Assembly (NCBI GenBank): GCA_963422395.1
Contig: OY729431.1
Span: 1,408,001-1,472,000 of the forward strand
DNA from: Vicinamibacteria bacterium
Lineage (GTDB): Bacteria; Acidobacteriota; Vicinamibacteria; Marinacidobacterales; Marinacidobacteraceae
DNA length: 64,000 nt
Reading direction: 5' to 3'
Position 1 is the first letter of the stretch, and each line of letters begins with the position of its first letter. Below the pieces are notes generated by a model. It was not told the DNA's origin. It worked only from the letters and a program-made list of their open reading frames with translations, and did not search any database. Below, one piece after another: positions 19,514 through 29,446 of the stretch. Made by a program: the position numbers and the translations under genes.

Positions 19514-22159
19514 ATGCTACGAGTCGGTGTCTTTTCGCTGCTCGCTTTCGGTTCCGCACTCATCGGGGCTCCGTCCGACGCCGCGCCCCAGCCGCCCGCC
19601 GCGGTCCCATCGCCCGCGGAGTTCCTCGGGTTCGAGCCCGGCGACGACTATCAGCTCGCGCTCTGGGATCAACTGACGGGGTACTACGAACAGCTCGCCG
19701 CCGCAAGCGACCGGGTCGAGCTTCGCCGGATCGGCGAATCCGTTCTCGGCCGGCCGCTGATCGTGCTGTTCATCTCCTCGGCGGAGAACCTGGCCGATCG
19801 GAACACGCATCGGGAAACCGCTGCAGCGCTGGCTCGTGCCGAGATTCCGGAGGAAGAGGCGCGGCGTCTCGCGCGCCGAGGAAAGGCGGTCGTCTGGATA
19901 GACGGCGGGCTCCACGCTACCGAAGTGGCCCCGGCCCAGATGATGCCGCTCCTCGCCCATCGGGTGGCGACGGAGGAGTCCGAGGAAATGCGGAAGATCC
20001 GCGACGAAGTGGTGCTGATCCTCATGCCCTGCATGAATCCGGACGGGCTCGACATCGTCGCCTCCTGGTACCAGCGGAACCTGAAGACTCCCTTCGAGAC
20101 CACCCGCCCCCCCGAGCTCTACCACCACTATGTCGGACACGACAACAACCGCGACTGGTTCATGAACAACATGCCGGAGACCGCGGCAGTCAACCGACTG
20201 CTCTATCGGGAGTGGTTCCCGCAGATCGTTTACAACCACCATCAGACCGGCCCCGCCTGGGCGCGGATCTTCCTGCCCCCCTTCGCCGATCCGGTGAATC
20301 CGAGGATCCATCCCGGAGTCACGACCTCCGTCAATCTGGTCGGCGCGGCGATGGCGCATCGCTTCGCCATGGAGGAGATGCCGGGTGCGGTCTCCGACAT
20401 GATCTATTCGATGTGGTGGAACGGCGGAATGCGCACCGTTCCGTACTTCCACAACATGATCGGACTCCTGACCGAAACCTCACACGCTTCGGCGAGCCCG
20501 CGGATCTACGACCCCGAAGAGCGCCCGGAGTTCGTCGGCAACCCGCGCCGGGGGCATGCGGCCCCCACGAATGGCACCGATGTCTTCTATCCATACCCCT
20601 GGGCAGGCGGGGAATCGCGCTTCTCGGATCCGGTCCGATATACGCTGACCGCCTCGATCGCCGTTCTCGACATCGCTGCCGAACTGCGCGAGAAATGGCT
20701 GTTCGATATCTGGCGGATGGGGCGGGATGCCATCGAAGGGAGCGACTCCAGCTGGATCGTCCCCGCCGATCAATGGGATCCGGGGGAAGCGGCCGCACTG
20801 GTGAATGTGCTCCTCGAGGGCGGCCTCCGGATCGAACGCGCCGAGACCGCCTTCGAGGTCGAAGGAGTGGGCTACGGTCCGGGTTCCTGGATCCTCCCCG
20901 GAGCCCAAGCGTTTCGACCCTACCTCGCCGATCTGCTCGAACCGCAGGAATACCCCGACCGCCGGCGCACTCCGGACGGCCCGCCCGATCCACCCTACGA
21001 TCTGGCCGGCTGGACTCTGCCGATGCAGATGGGCGTCCGCGTGGACCGGGTCCCCGAAGTCTCCGGAGTGGATTCGGTCCCGGTCATGGGCCCGGTGAGC
21101 GCGCCGCCAGGAGAGATCTCGGGGCGGGCGAGCTTCGGTTATGCGATCTCGCACCGCCCGAATGCGGCGGTCGTCGCCCAGAACCGACTGCTGGCTGCGG
21201 GAGCCGAAGTCGCATGGGCGGGGGAATCTTTTGCTGGCGACGGCATGGAATTCCCCGCGGGGACCCTGGTGGTGCGTAAATCGGACCCCGCCGACGCCAT
21301 CATCGAGAGCATCGCGTCCGAGCTGGGACTGCCGGTCCAGGGCCTTTCCTCGGCGCCCGGAGTGGAACTCCTCGCCCTCGAACCCGTCCGGATCGGGCTC
21401 TACAAGTCCTTCGCTGCCAGCATGGACGAAGGATGGACGCGCTGGCTGCTCGAGGATTACGAATACGAGCTGACGAGCCTCTCCGATGCCGATGTCCGCA
21501 GCGGCGATCTCTCCCGGCTCGACGCCATCGTGCTGCCGCACCAGGCGGCGGATCAGATCCTGCAAGGGCACGCCTCGGGGACCATGCCAGAGGAATTCAC
21601 CGGCGGACTCGGCCTCGAGGGTTCCCTGGCGCTCCACCGCTTCGTGGAGGGAGGCGGAACGCTCGTGGCTCTCGACGGGGCGAGCGACTTCGTGATCTCC
21701 CAGTTCGGGCTGCCGCTCCGCAACCCGACCGATTCGCTTCCGGCGCGCAGCTTCTTCATTCCCGGCTCCCTGATGCGCGCCACGGTAGATACCTCGCACC
21801 CGCTGGCCTTCGGAATGCGGGATGAGGTCGCCACTCAGTTCGTCAGGAGCCGCGCTTTCGAGGTGGTTCGCCTACCGCGAAGACGGGAGGGCGGAGAGGA
21901 GACCACGATGGAACCGCCGCCGCCGAATGTGGAGGTGGTAGCCCGGTACGCAGAAGAGGACATCCTGATGAGCGGTTGGGCGCTCGGCGAGAAGGACGCG
22001 ATCGGCGGCAAGATCGCTATGGCGCGGGTGCCGGTGGGCAGCGGGGAAGTGGTGCTGTTCGGATTCCGGCCTCAGTTTCGCGGACAATCCCGGGGAACCT
22101 ACAAGCTGCTGCTGAACGCTCTCAACGGAGCGGTGATCGAGGATCTGGGGCCCCGCTGA
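19514..22159 (+). CDS. Secreted M14 zinc carboxypeptidase-family protein
   Basis: Signal peptide; GLHATE, NPDG, DNNRDW, NHHQ. Confidence 0.88.
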   Translation: MLRVGVFSLLAFGSALIGAPSDAAPQPPAAVPSPAEFLGFEPGDDYQLALWDQLTGYYEQLAAASDRVELRRIGESVLGRPLIVLFISSAENLADRNTHRETAAALARAEIPEEEARRLARRGKAVVWIDGGLHATEVAPAQMMPLLAHRVATEESEEMRKIRDEVVLILMPCMNPDGLDIVASWYQRNLKTPFETTRPPELYHHYVGHDNNRDWFMNNMPETAAVNRLLYREWFPQIVYNHHQTGPAWARIFLPPFADPVNPRIHPGVTTSVNLVGAAMAHRFAMEEMPGAVSDMIYSMWWNGGMRTVPYFHNMIGLLTETSHASASPRIYDPEERPEFVGNPRRGHAAPTNGTDVFYPYPWAGGESRFSDPVRYTLTASIAVLDIAAELREKWLFDIWRMGRDAIEGSDSSWIVPADQWDPGEAAALVNVLLEGGLRIERAETAFEVEGVGYGPGSWILPGAQAFRPYLADLLEPQEYPDRRRTPDGPPDPPYDLAGWTLPMQMGVRVDRVPEVSGVDSVPVMGPVSAPPGEISGRASFGYAISHRPNAAVVAQNRLLAAGAEVAWAGESFAGDGMEFPAGTLVVRKSDPADAIIESIASELGLPVQGLSSAPGVELLALEPVRIGLYKSFAASMDEGWTRWLLEDYEYELTSLSDADVRSGDLSRLDAIVLPHQAADQILQGHASGTMPEEFTGGLGLEGSLALHRFVEGGGTLVALDGASDFVISQFGLPLRNPTDSLPARSFFIPGSLMRATVDTSHPLAFGMRDEVATQFVRSRAFEVVRLPRRREGGEETTMEPPPPNVEVVARYAEEDILMSGWALGEKDAIGGKIAMARVPVGSGEVVLFGFRPQFRGQSRGTYKLLLNALNGAVIEDLGPR

Positions 22160-22191
22160 GCCTCTCCACTCGGTTAGAATTCAGCCGTCTC

Positions 22192-22458
22192 ATGTCCAGA
22201 ATCTGCAAACTGACCGGGAAGGGGCCGCTCTCCGGCAACTCGATCAGCCACGCGCACAACAAGAACCGGCGGCGGCAGCTGCCGAATCTGCAGTGGAAGA
22301 CGATCTGGGTGCCTGAATTGGAACGGACGGTGCGCCTCCGCCTCAGCATGCGCGCGCTCCGCACGATCGACAAGAAGGGCCTGATGGATTACCTCAGGGG
22401 CGAAGGCCTGCGGCTGCGGGATGTCCTGCCGCCGCGCGCCCACGCCAGAAGCCTGTAA
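22192..22458 (+). CDS. rpmB: 50S ribosomal protein L28
   Basis: MSRICKLTGKGPLSGNSISHAHNKNRRRQLPNLQ. Confidence 0.97.
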   Translation: MSRICKLTGKGPLSGNSISHAHNKNRRRQLPNLQWKTIWVPELERTVRLRLSMRALRTIDKKGLMDYLRGEGLRLRDVLPPRAHARSL

Positions 22459-22859
22459 AGGGTGCGCGCGAGAGCAAGGCGCCTTCCATTCCTCGGCCCC
22501 ACCGAGGATGTCCCCTCCTGAGATATCCCCTCCGTAGGATCGACTCTTCGAGAGGATCCGCCCTCGTCCCCCCTTCCGTGTCGGTGGGCGGCGAAGAGGT
22601 TGCCGAAGTGCCGTTTGCCGCAGAGCGCCGTTCTGCCGACGGCTCGCCGGATGAGAGGTCCGCTCGATTGCGCCTACGCACAGGTATTCACGAATACGGT
22701 CCGGATGATCGTGGGGGGAGCTGAAAAAGCCCACGTGCACGTCCAGTTCGACGAAGCGCGCGTCCCTACGAGGAGTTTCTCGCCGAGTTCGAGAGCTGGG
22801 CCGGGAATAGGGGCTCCGGGCATGGCAAGCGGCCGGCTGCGCCTGATACCCTCCGTCCC

Positions 22860-23201
22860 GTGAGTCTGGTCGGCCGCGCCTTCGGGACCCGGAAGCCGTT
22901 CATCCCGGCCGATGAAATCGATGCCCTGATCGAGGGGGGGAGCGTGCTCCTGCTCGATGTGCGGACCGCGAAGGAAGTCGAGGAAGCGGGCACGATTCCT
23001 GGAGCGGTGCACATCCACCTGGGAGAGCTGGCGAGACGGCTCGACGAGGTACCGCGCGACCGGCCGGTGCTCCCTACCTGAATGGTGGGGCCCCGCGCTG
23101 CGCGTGCCGCGGCCATTCTGGAGAACGCAGGGTTCGAGGTCGTCGGGTTTTCGGGTCTCCGGCACTACCTCGGCACCCGCGAGTTCCGGCCGATGGCATG
23201 A
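22860..23201 (+). CDS. Rhodanese-domain protein, probable selenoprotein (TGA 23079-23081)
   Basis: LLDVRT..E...GTIPGAVHI...VLPT-U-MVGPRAARAAAILENAGF: the fold continues in frame past TGA at the catalytic position; hairpin at 23098-23112. Confidence 0.85.
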
Positions 23202-23248
23202 TTCCGAAACTGTCTTATCCCGGGGGAGGATCCATGGAAGAGTTTCCC

Positions 23249-23638
23249 ATGAAGAAAATGCGTCTGTTTTCCGCGACGGTATTGACGGCGGCGGCACTCT
23301 TCGCAGGTTGTGGAGGGGGTGGAACCGCCGCACCCCGCGTGGAAGCATCCGACATAGACGAGATGCTGGAGAGCGGAGTGTTGCTTCTCGATGTGCGCAC
23401 CGACGAAGAGCTCGCCGAGCACGGCACCATCGAGGGTTTCCGGCACATTCCGATCGACGAACTGGAGGCGAGGATCGGAGAACTTCCGAAGGGAGTTCCC
23501 ATCCTCACTGCTTGACAGGGTGGCGGAAGAGCCGCGCGTGCCGCGGAGCTGCTCGAGTCGAACGGATATGAAGTCGCGGGGTTCTGCGGCCTGATGGGCT
23601 ACGAAGGCGACCGGGTCTTTCCCGAATCGGGGAGTTGA
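23249..23638 (+). CDS. Rhodanese-domain lipoprotein, probable selenoprotein (TGA 23513-23515)
   Basis: Lipobox LFAGC; LLDVRTDEE...ILTA-U-QGGGRAARAAELLESNGY; hairpin at 23532-23546. Confidence 0.85.
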
Positions 23639-23712
23639 GCTGCAGCGGCACGCCGTCGGGAGAGCTTCGGCAAGCGTGACGGTTTGCTGCAGGAAGATCT
23701 CGAAAAGGGTGG

Positions 23713-24363
23713 TCAACGGATGCGGCGACGCAGCTCCATGACTATCCCGAGAATCCGGCAGGAATCGGGAGGCGGGCGCAGCGTCTCGAAGTCGTGGTTT
23801 TGCGGACGCAGCTCCATTCCGGAAGGCCCCAGATAGAGGGTCTTCACGGTGGCTTCGTCTCCGACGAGCGCTACCACGATCTGTCCGGAAACGGCTCGGA
23901 TGCCGCTTTCCACGATCACCAGGTCACCGGGCAGGATTCCGGCTCCGGTCATGCTTTCGTCGCGAACCCGGAACGCGAAGAAGTCCGAAGGGTCCCGGGT
24001 TTCCGGAATCTCCATCGGGACGCTCCCCTCGGGGTTCTGGATGGCTTCCTCGCCCCCCCCGGCGGGGACCTCTCCCAGGATCGGAATCGATTGGAAACGG
24101 AGCAGAGCCGATCCCGGAAAGGACTGCACTAGAGGCAGCCGGTAGCCGCGAGACCGCCCCGGTTCCTTGATCAGCCGGCCCTCTGCAACCAGTGCAGCAA
24201 GGTGGGCCCGGACGGTTTCGACCGCCCGGAAACCGAAGTGGTCCCCTATTTCCCGGAGGGAGGGGGAGTCCCCCCGAAGCAGGCGGCCGCGGACGAAGAG
24301 GAAGATCCGGTTTCGGGTCTGCCCCGGCGGATTTTTCGGCACGAATCGAAATATAGCAGACAT
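23713..24363 (-). CDS. lexA: LexA repressor (true start possibly GTG at 24342)
   Basis: HTH PSLREIG, VPAG cleavage site, ESM serine, ATVKT lysine. Confidence 0.9.
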   Translation of the reverse strand: MSAIFRFVPKNPPGQTRNRIFLFVRGRLLRGDSPSLREIGDHFGFRAVETVRAHLAALVAEGRLIKEPGRSRGYRLPLVQSFPGSALLRFQSIPILGEVPAGGGEEAIQNPEGSVPMEIPETRDPSDFFAFRVRDESMTGAGILPGDLVIVESGIRAVSGQIVVALVGDEATVKTLYLGPSGMELRPQNHDFETLRPPPDSCRILGIVMELRRRIR

Positions 24364-24374
24364 TTGTCTGCTAT
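24353..24374. promoter_or_regulatory. Perfect palindrome at the lexA start (candidate operator)
   Basis: atagcagaca-tt-tgtctgctat. Confidence 0.6.
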
Positions 24375-24488
24375 GCCAGAGAAGTTCGAATACGAATTAC
24401 GGGCCGTGGGAAACAAGGGACCGGGTCCGGAGCAGGTTCGCTGCCGAATCCGGCGGTGCGCCCGGCGGAACCCCGGGCGCCGAAAGCC

Positions 24489-25307
24489 TCAGAAGGGGAC
24501 CGGATCTTCTCCACCGCCCCCGGTGTCCATCCCCGAAGATTCGGTTTCGGAACCAGCACCGGAGGCGCCCCAGGGATCTTTAGGTTTCTCTTTCTCCCGC
24601 CGATCGGAGCCGCCTGCCCGGCTCGCCGCATCGTCATACCCGCGCTGCTGACGCGAGTCTCCGCTCGAGAAAACGATGTGGGCGCGAGTCTCCGTCGCCC
24701 GACGCTCCCGCCCGGTCTTGTCGGTGTACTTCCGACTTTGGAGGTAGCCCTCGGCGAACGCTCGCTGCCCCTTTTCGAGCTGGCCGTCGAGACGCCGAGC
24801 CGAGTCTCCGAAAACAGCAACCTGGTGCCATTCGGTTTCTTCTCCCGTCTCTCCGTCCCGCCGGGTCCATGTCTCATTGGTCGCGATCCGGAGATTCATC
24901 ACCACGAAAGACGGGTACTCCCGCAGCTCGGGTGCGCGGCCGAGGTTTCCCAGGATGAGCGAACGATTGAGGTGCGGTTCCGGATTTTCCGGACGTTTCA
25001 CGATGTCGGCGCTGATCTCGGTCGCGTACATATCCTCACCGTCCTTTTGATACTTCCGGGTCCGCAGCCTCCCTTCGACATACACCGGAGTGTCCGCCGC
25101 CATCCCTTCGGCGACCTCCACATTCCGCTGTCCGCGAACCGACACCCGGTGCCAGGCAGGGCGCTCCCGCAGGGCGCCGGTGTCGTCGTTCTCCATGGTG
25201 ACGGTCTTGACATTCAGGTTCACGACTTTCCGACCGTCGTCGAAAGTCCTCGTGCGCGGCGGCTCGGTCAGCATCCCGCGCAACAGCACCTTGCTCACAT
25301 CTCTCAT
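24489..25307 (-). CDS. ssb: Single-stranded DNA-binding protein with two OB folds
   Basis: Domain 1 WHRVSV...VYVEGRLRTRKY; domain 2 LILGNLG...TEWHQVAVFG...AEGYLQSRKY; acidic tail ending EDPVPF. Confidence 0.9.
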   Translation of the reverse strand: MRDVSKVLLRGMLTEPPRTRTFDDGRKVVNLNVKTVTMENDDTGALRERPAWHRVSVRGQRNVEVAEGMAADTPVYVEGRLRTRKYQKDGEDMYATEISADIVKRPENPEPHLNRSLILGNLGRAPELREYPSFVVMNLRIATNETWTRRDGETGEETEWHQVAVFGDSARRLDGQLEKGQRAFAEGYLQSRKYTDKTGRERRATETRAHIVFSSGDSRQQRGYDDAASRAGGSDRREKEKPKDPWGASGAGSETESSGMDTGGGGEDPVPF

Positions 25308-25342
25308 GACCCCTACTCCCTTTGGCCGCCTCAGCGGCCGGT

Positions 25343-26275
25343 TCACGCGCCGGGGTTTTCCGGGGGCATGGCGTCGAGCTGTCTTTTCGCCGCGCGCGCC
25401 GCCGGGGTTCCGGCATAGACCTCCAAGATGTCCTCGAAAATTTCTCGGGCGTCGGATTCGTGACCCAACCGTCCGAGGATGATGCCCTTCTGGAACCAGG
25501 CCTCTCCGATCTTGTTGCTGTCCGGAAAATCCCGGATCAGCATTTCGAACTGCTCGAGTGCGGCTTCCAGCCGTTCTTGTGCCAGCAGCGAGTCTCCGAT
25601 TCCGTAACGGGCGTTGTCCGCCAGCTCTCCGCCGAACTCGATCACCCGCTCGAAACCCGAGATCGCCAGTTCATAGCGGCCCTGCAGCCGATCGGCGTCC
25701 GCTTCGAGGTAGGTCTCGGCGATGCCCGGTTCGTCCAGTAGCGTCGCTTCGTCTTCTCCTCCGGCGGGCGTTTCGGAGCCCGCGCCGTCGGCTTCGGCAG
25801 GTGGTGCTTCGCCCGGGTCCGCTTCATCGCTTCCGGCTGCCGGAACGCCGGCGAGCGCTGCTCGGCGCTGTGCCTCCCGGACCGACTCCACTTCGACCAT
25901 GAGTTCCGAGAGTCGGTCGTTCGTCTCCCGGAATGCCTCGCTCAGGGTCGAGACATTCCGCTCCATCCGGTCGAGAGCGTTCCGGGTCTCGGCCCGGCTG
26001 CGGCGGTCTGCGGCGATCTGCTCGGAGCGCTCCTCGAGCAGTGCTTCGACTGCGCGGGAGAGGCCCTCCTGCGTTTCGGCCAGCACCGCGAGCTGCGACT
26101 GGATCTGTCGGATCTCCGAGAGGATGCGGTCCTGGCCGCGCTGCCCGGCCGGCCGCGCCAGAGCCTCGGGAATTCCGGAGGGATCAGCGGTTGCCGCCGA
26201 GACGACGAAGAGCATCGAGGGCAGCAGCCACGCAGTTCGTGGTGCCCATCGCGGCGCCCGCAGGAGCCCGTTCAT
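25343..26275 (-). CDS. cpoB: Tol-Pal protein CpoB/YbgF (coiled coil plus TPR)
   Basis: Signal peptide, coiled coil, LADNARYGIGDS TPR; downstream of pal. Confidence 0.85.
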   Translation of the reverse strand: MNGLLRAPRWAPRTAWLLPSMLFVVSAATADPSGIPEALARPAGQRGQDRILSEIRQIQSQLAVLAETQEGLSRAVEALLEERSEQIAADRRSRAETRNALDRMERNVSTLSEAFRETNDRLSELMVEVESVREAQRRAALAGVPAAGSDEADPGEAPPAEADGAGSETPAGGEDEATLLDEPGIAETYLEADADRLQGRYELAISGFERVIEFGGELADNARYGIGDSLLAQERLEAALEQFEMLIRDFPDSNKIGEAWFQKGIILGRLGHESDAREIFEDILEVYAGTPAARAAKRQLDAMPPENPGA

Positions 26276-26973
26276 TTGGCGATGATCTCCAGATGAGCGC
26301 GGCGATTCTTCCGCCAGGCGTTCTCGTCGTGCGCGGGGTCCAGCGGGAATTCCTTTCCGTAGCTGATGATCCGCATCCTCTCCCCGGCGATTCCCAACTG
26401 ACCCAGATAGTCGCGCACCACCCGCGCCCTCTCTTCGCCGAGGGCCAGGTTGTATTCCACCGTTCCGCGTTCGTCGCAATGCCCCTCGATCAGGATACGC
26501 ACTTCCGGATGGGAAGACAGCCATTCGGCGTTCTCCTGGAGCGTTGCCCGGGCATCGCTTGCGAGCTCGGCGCTGTCGTAGTCGAATCCGATATCGCGGA
26601 GAGGGGCGAGCGCTTTCAGTTCTTCGAGGCTCAAGGCGCTGATGTCGAGGATGTCGCTCCCGCTGTCCACCTCCGGCGGCAGCGCCCGGATTTCTTCTTC
26701 GGTGAGCCCCTGGGAATCCGAAGGGGTCGCCGGCGACGGGGTTTCCCGCACGATTTCCGGCTCCGCGGCGGGTTCCGGTTCGGAAGAGGCCGGAGGGGTT
26801 TCCCCGGTCGCCGGGACCCGGGAGACCGAGGAACAGCTCACGACTACCAGGCAGCCGGCGGCGAGTAGTCCCGTGGCGAACATCGCGAACGGCCGCCGCC
26901 GGCCGACTCCGGGAGCAGGGTTCCTCGGCGGATCGGAGGCGCCCGGGGCAGGGGCGGCGCTCAGGATTTGCAT
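26272..26973 (-). CDS. pal: Peptidoglycan-associated lipoprotein
   Basis: FDYDS, IEGHCDERGTVEYNLALGEERA, ISYGKE, NRRA. Confidence 0.95.
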   Translation of the reverse strand: MQILSAAPAPGASDPPRNPAPGVGRRRPFAMFATGLLAAGCLVVVSCSSVSRVPATGETPPASSEPEPAAEPEIVRETPSPATPSDSQGLTEEEIRALPPEVDSGSDILDISALSLEELKALAPLRDIGFDYDSAELASDARATLQENAEWLSSHPEVRILIEGHCDERGTVEYNLALGEERARVVRDYLGQLGIAGERMRIISYGKEFPLDPAHDENAWRKNRRAHLEIIAK

Positions 26974-26987
26974 CGCACGCACCTCAC

Positions 26988-28466
26988 TCAACGCGGAACG
27001 CCCGGTGGGTTCCCCCACCGCGGCGTGGTGTTCCGGCCCTCACGGGTCAGTTGTTTCAGGTTCGAGCCATCCCGGTGCATGGTGAAGATCTGGTCTTCTC
27101 CGGTCCGGTTGGAGGTGAACACCAGGTGGAGCCCGTTCGGAGCCCACGAAGGGCTCTCGTTACTGCCTCGTCCGGTAGTGAGCTGGCGGGTCTGGCGGGT
27201 CTCGAAATCGTGCACCACGATGTCGAAGGGGCCGCGTTCGATCCGGGAGGCGTAGGCGATCTCGCTCTGCTGCCGCGAGGGCGACCACGCGGGGGAATCG
27301 TTGTAGGAGCCTTCGAACGAGATCCGCCGCAGGTTCAACCCGTTGCGGTCCATGGCATAGATCTGCGGCGAACCGGTCCGGTCGCTGGTGAAGGCGATCG
27401 TCCGGCCGTTCGGTGACCAGTTGGGGGCGACATCGATCGCCCGATTGTCGGTGAGGCGGCGCAGTTCGCTGCCATCCACCGCCGCCAGGTAGATCTCGGA
27501 CTGGCCGTCGCGGTTGGAGGCGAACGCGATCCAGCGTCCGTCGGGCGACCAGGCCGGAGTGAAGGACTGGAAGTCGCCCACCAGCTTCTCCCCCCGCCCC
27601 TGGTAGAGGAAGGCTAGGTACAGCGCCGGCGCGCCTTCGCGGTAAGAGATATAGCTGATGGCGCGCCCGTCCGGAGACCAACTGGGGGTGATGTTGAGGG
27701 AGCCGTTCGCGGTCACCGGGCGCTGGCGGTGACCGTCGTAATCCATCAGGTAGATCTCCTTGCTGCGCGGCTGACGCCGGCTCGTCGCAAAGGCGATGCG
27801 CGTACGTGCTACCCCTCGGTAACTGCCCGCCTGCAGCAGGATGTCGTCGGCGATCCGGTGGGCGAGACTACGCGGCGACTCGAGGGCCGCGGTGTAGCGC
27901 CGGGCGAACACGTTCTCCTGGGCGCGAACTGCGTGCATTCGCACTTCGGCGATCAGCGAATCCCCTTCGACCTGCACCGTTCCCCGAACGAGGATGTCGG
28001 CCCCCACCGACTCCCACTGGTAGTAGTCGAGGCCCCCGCCAGACCCCGCCTCGGCGATTCGATAGAAGCGCTTCGGCAGCATCCGGTACACCCCGGCGTA
28101 GCGGATGTCGTCCCAGACGACCTCGCTGATCGTTCTCGCGCTGCTCGCCGGGACCCCTGCTTCTTCGGCTGCTGCTTCGGCGGGGGGGGAACCCGCATCC
28201 TCCGACGCCGGCGTCGGATCCCGCCGTTCCAGAAGTGCTTCGAAATCGGGAATGGCCATACGCACCGGAGCCCCAGGTCGGGTGATGTCGAGGTACCAGT
28301 CGCCGGCTTGGGGGGCACTTCCCGACGCTTCGGCCGGAAGTTCTGCCGACGCGGGAGCGAAGGCCCCGACCATCCCCGCCGCAAGAGCTGCCGTCCCGAG
28401 TGCGAGCAGCAGGCGTACCGCAGGAGGCCGCAGGGTACGGACGCCCGTCCGGAGGGAGCGGATCAT
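26988..28466 (-). CDS. tolB: TolB beta-propeller protein
   Basis: AHRIAD, TRIAF, repeated PxWSPDG PD40 motifs. Confidence 0.92.
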   Translation of the reverse strand: MIRSLRTGVRTLRPPAVRLLLALGTAALAAGMVGAFAPASAELPAEASGSAPQAGDWYLDITRPGAPVRMAIPDFEALLERRDPTPASEDAGSPPAEAAAEEAGVPASSARTISEVVWDDIRYAGVYRMLPKRFYRIAEAGSGGGLDYYQWESVGADILVRGTVQVEGDSLIAEVRMHAVRAQENVFARRYTAALESPRSLAHRIADDILLQAGSYRGVARTRIAFATSRRQPRSKEIYLMDYDGHRQRPVTANGSLNITPSWSPDGRAISYISYREGAPALYLAFLYQGRGEKLVGDFQSFTPAWSPDGRWIAFASNRDGQSEIYLAAVDGSELRRLTDNRAIDVAPNWSPNGRTIAFTSDRTGSPQIYAMDRNGLNLRRISFEGSYNDSPAWSPSRQQSEIAYASRIERGPFDIVVHDFETRQTRQLTTGRGSNESPSWAPNGLHLVFTSNRTGEDQIFTMHRDGSNLKQLTREGRNTTPRWGNPPGVPR

Positions 28467-29440
28467 GAGGAGTTTCCGGTCGGAAGTGGAAACGGTGTCG
28501 GGGCGCTGTCGGCGGATTGGCGGTAGGTGAAGAGGAGGTGCACTCCGACACGGTCGCGTGGATAACTGTCCGGGAGCGGGGGAAGCGGTTCGGCGAGGAC
28601 TACCGCCCGGAGCGCGGCGCGGTCGAGCAGGTCCTGGCCGCTCGAAGTCTCGACTTCGGCCCCGGAGATCCCGCCGGCCCGGTCTATGGTGAAGCGAATC
28701 AATACCTTCGCCTCACCGCGCACCGGAATCTGCTGCCAGTTTCGGTGGATCCGGGCGACCATCTGACGCTGGTAGTAGGAGTATTCGAAATCCTGATCGA
28801 AGCGGGCGCTTCCGGGTACTCCACCGAGCCCGGCGTCGGCGGCGCCAGCGCGCTGGTTCGTGGGCGGCGTCCTGCGGGTGGGGCGGGAACTGCGATCGAT
28901 CGGCCGGCGGGTTTCGAGCCGGGCCGAATCAGCCCAGGCCGCGTCGCGGCCCCGCAATCCGGACTCCGGCCGCTCGGGCCTCAGAGCGCGACGGCGCGCC
29001 CGAGCGTCGGGAACTGGCATTCGCTCGCGGTTCTCGACGGTGGGGCGGACCACCTCGGGCCGGTCTGGGGGTGGTTCAGGCTCTTCGGGTTCGATCTCTG
29101 CGGGTTCCGGATCCGGGGGAGCCTCGGGAGGCTCTTCTTCCGGAGGGAGTTCTTCGAGGGGCGGCGGAGGTGGATCGGCGGGAGCGCTGGCGCCGCCGAG
29201 GTTCGGGGTCGGATGGGGCCCCGACATGCCGAGTTCGATGAACGCGGCGGAAGCGGGCAGCAGGCCGGGGCTCCGGTCGAGATCGAGTCCGAGCAAGGCG
29301 ACGCCCAGCAACGCCCCATGGATCCCGGCGGACCAAGCCAGGTTGCGGCGGAAGGAATCACCGGCGAGAGAGTTGCCGCCAGTGGGAGGCTCGACCGCAG
29401 GCAGGCTGACGGTAGGGGAGGACCGGGCCTTCGTCGCCAC
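28463..29440 (-). CDS. TonB/TolA-family energy transducer
   Basis: N-terminal TM with SxxxH, Pro/Glu-rich linker, TonB-C (FTIDRAG...SSG..LDRAALRAV). Confidence 0.85.
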   Translation of the reverse strand: MATKARSSPTVSLPAVEPPTGGNSLAGDSFRRNLAWSAGIHGALLGVALLGLDLDRSPGLLPASAAFIELGMSGPHPTPNLGGASAPADPPPPPLEELPPEEEPPEAPPDPEPAEIEPEEPEPPPDRPEVVRPTVENRERMPVPDARARRRALRPERPESGLRGRDAAWADSARLETRRPIDRSSRPTRRTPPTNQRAGAADAGLGGVPGSARFDQDFEYSYYQRQMVARIHRNWQQIPVRGEAKVLIRFTIDRAGGISGAEVETSSGQDLLDRAALRAVVLAEPLPPLPDSYPRDRVGVHLLFTYRQSADSAPTPFPLPTGNSS

Positions 29441-29446
29441 GGCCGA

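Noticed and set aside
22600-22863. ORF with HVHVQF resembling DUF4160
   Set aside because: The motif is too short and the rest is unconvincing.
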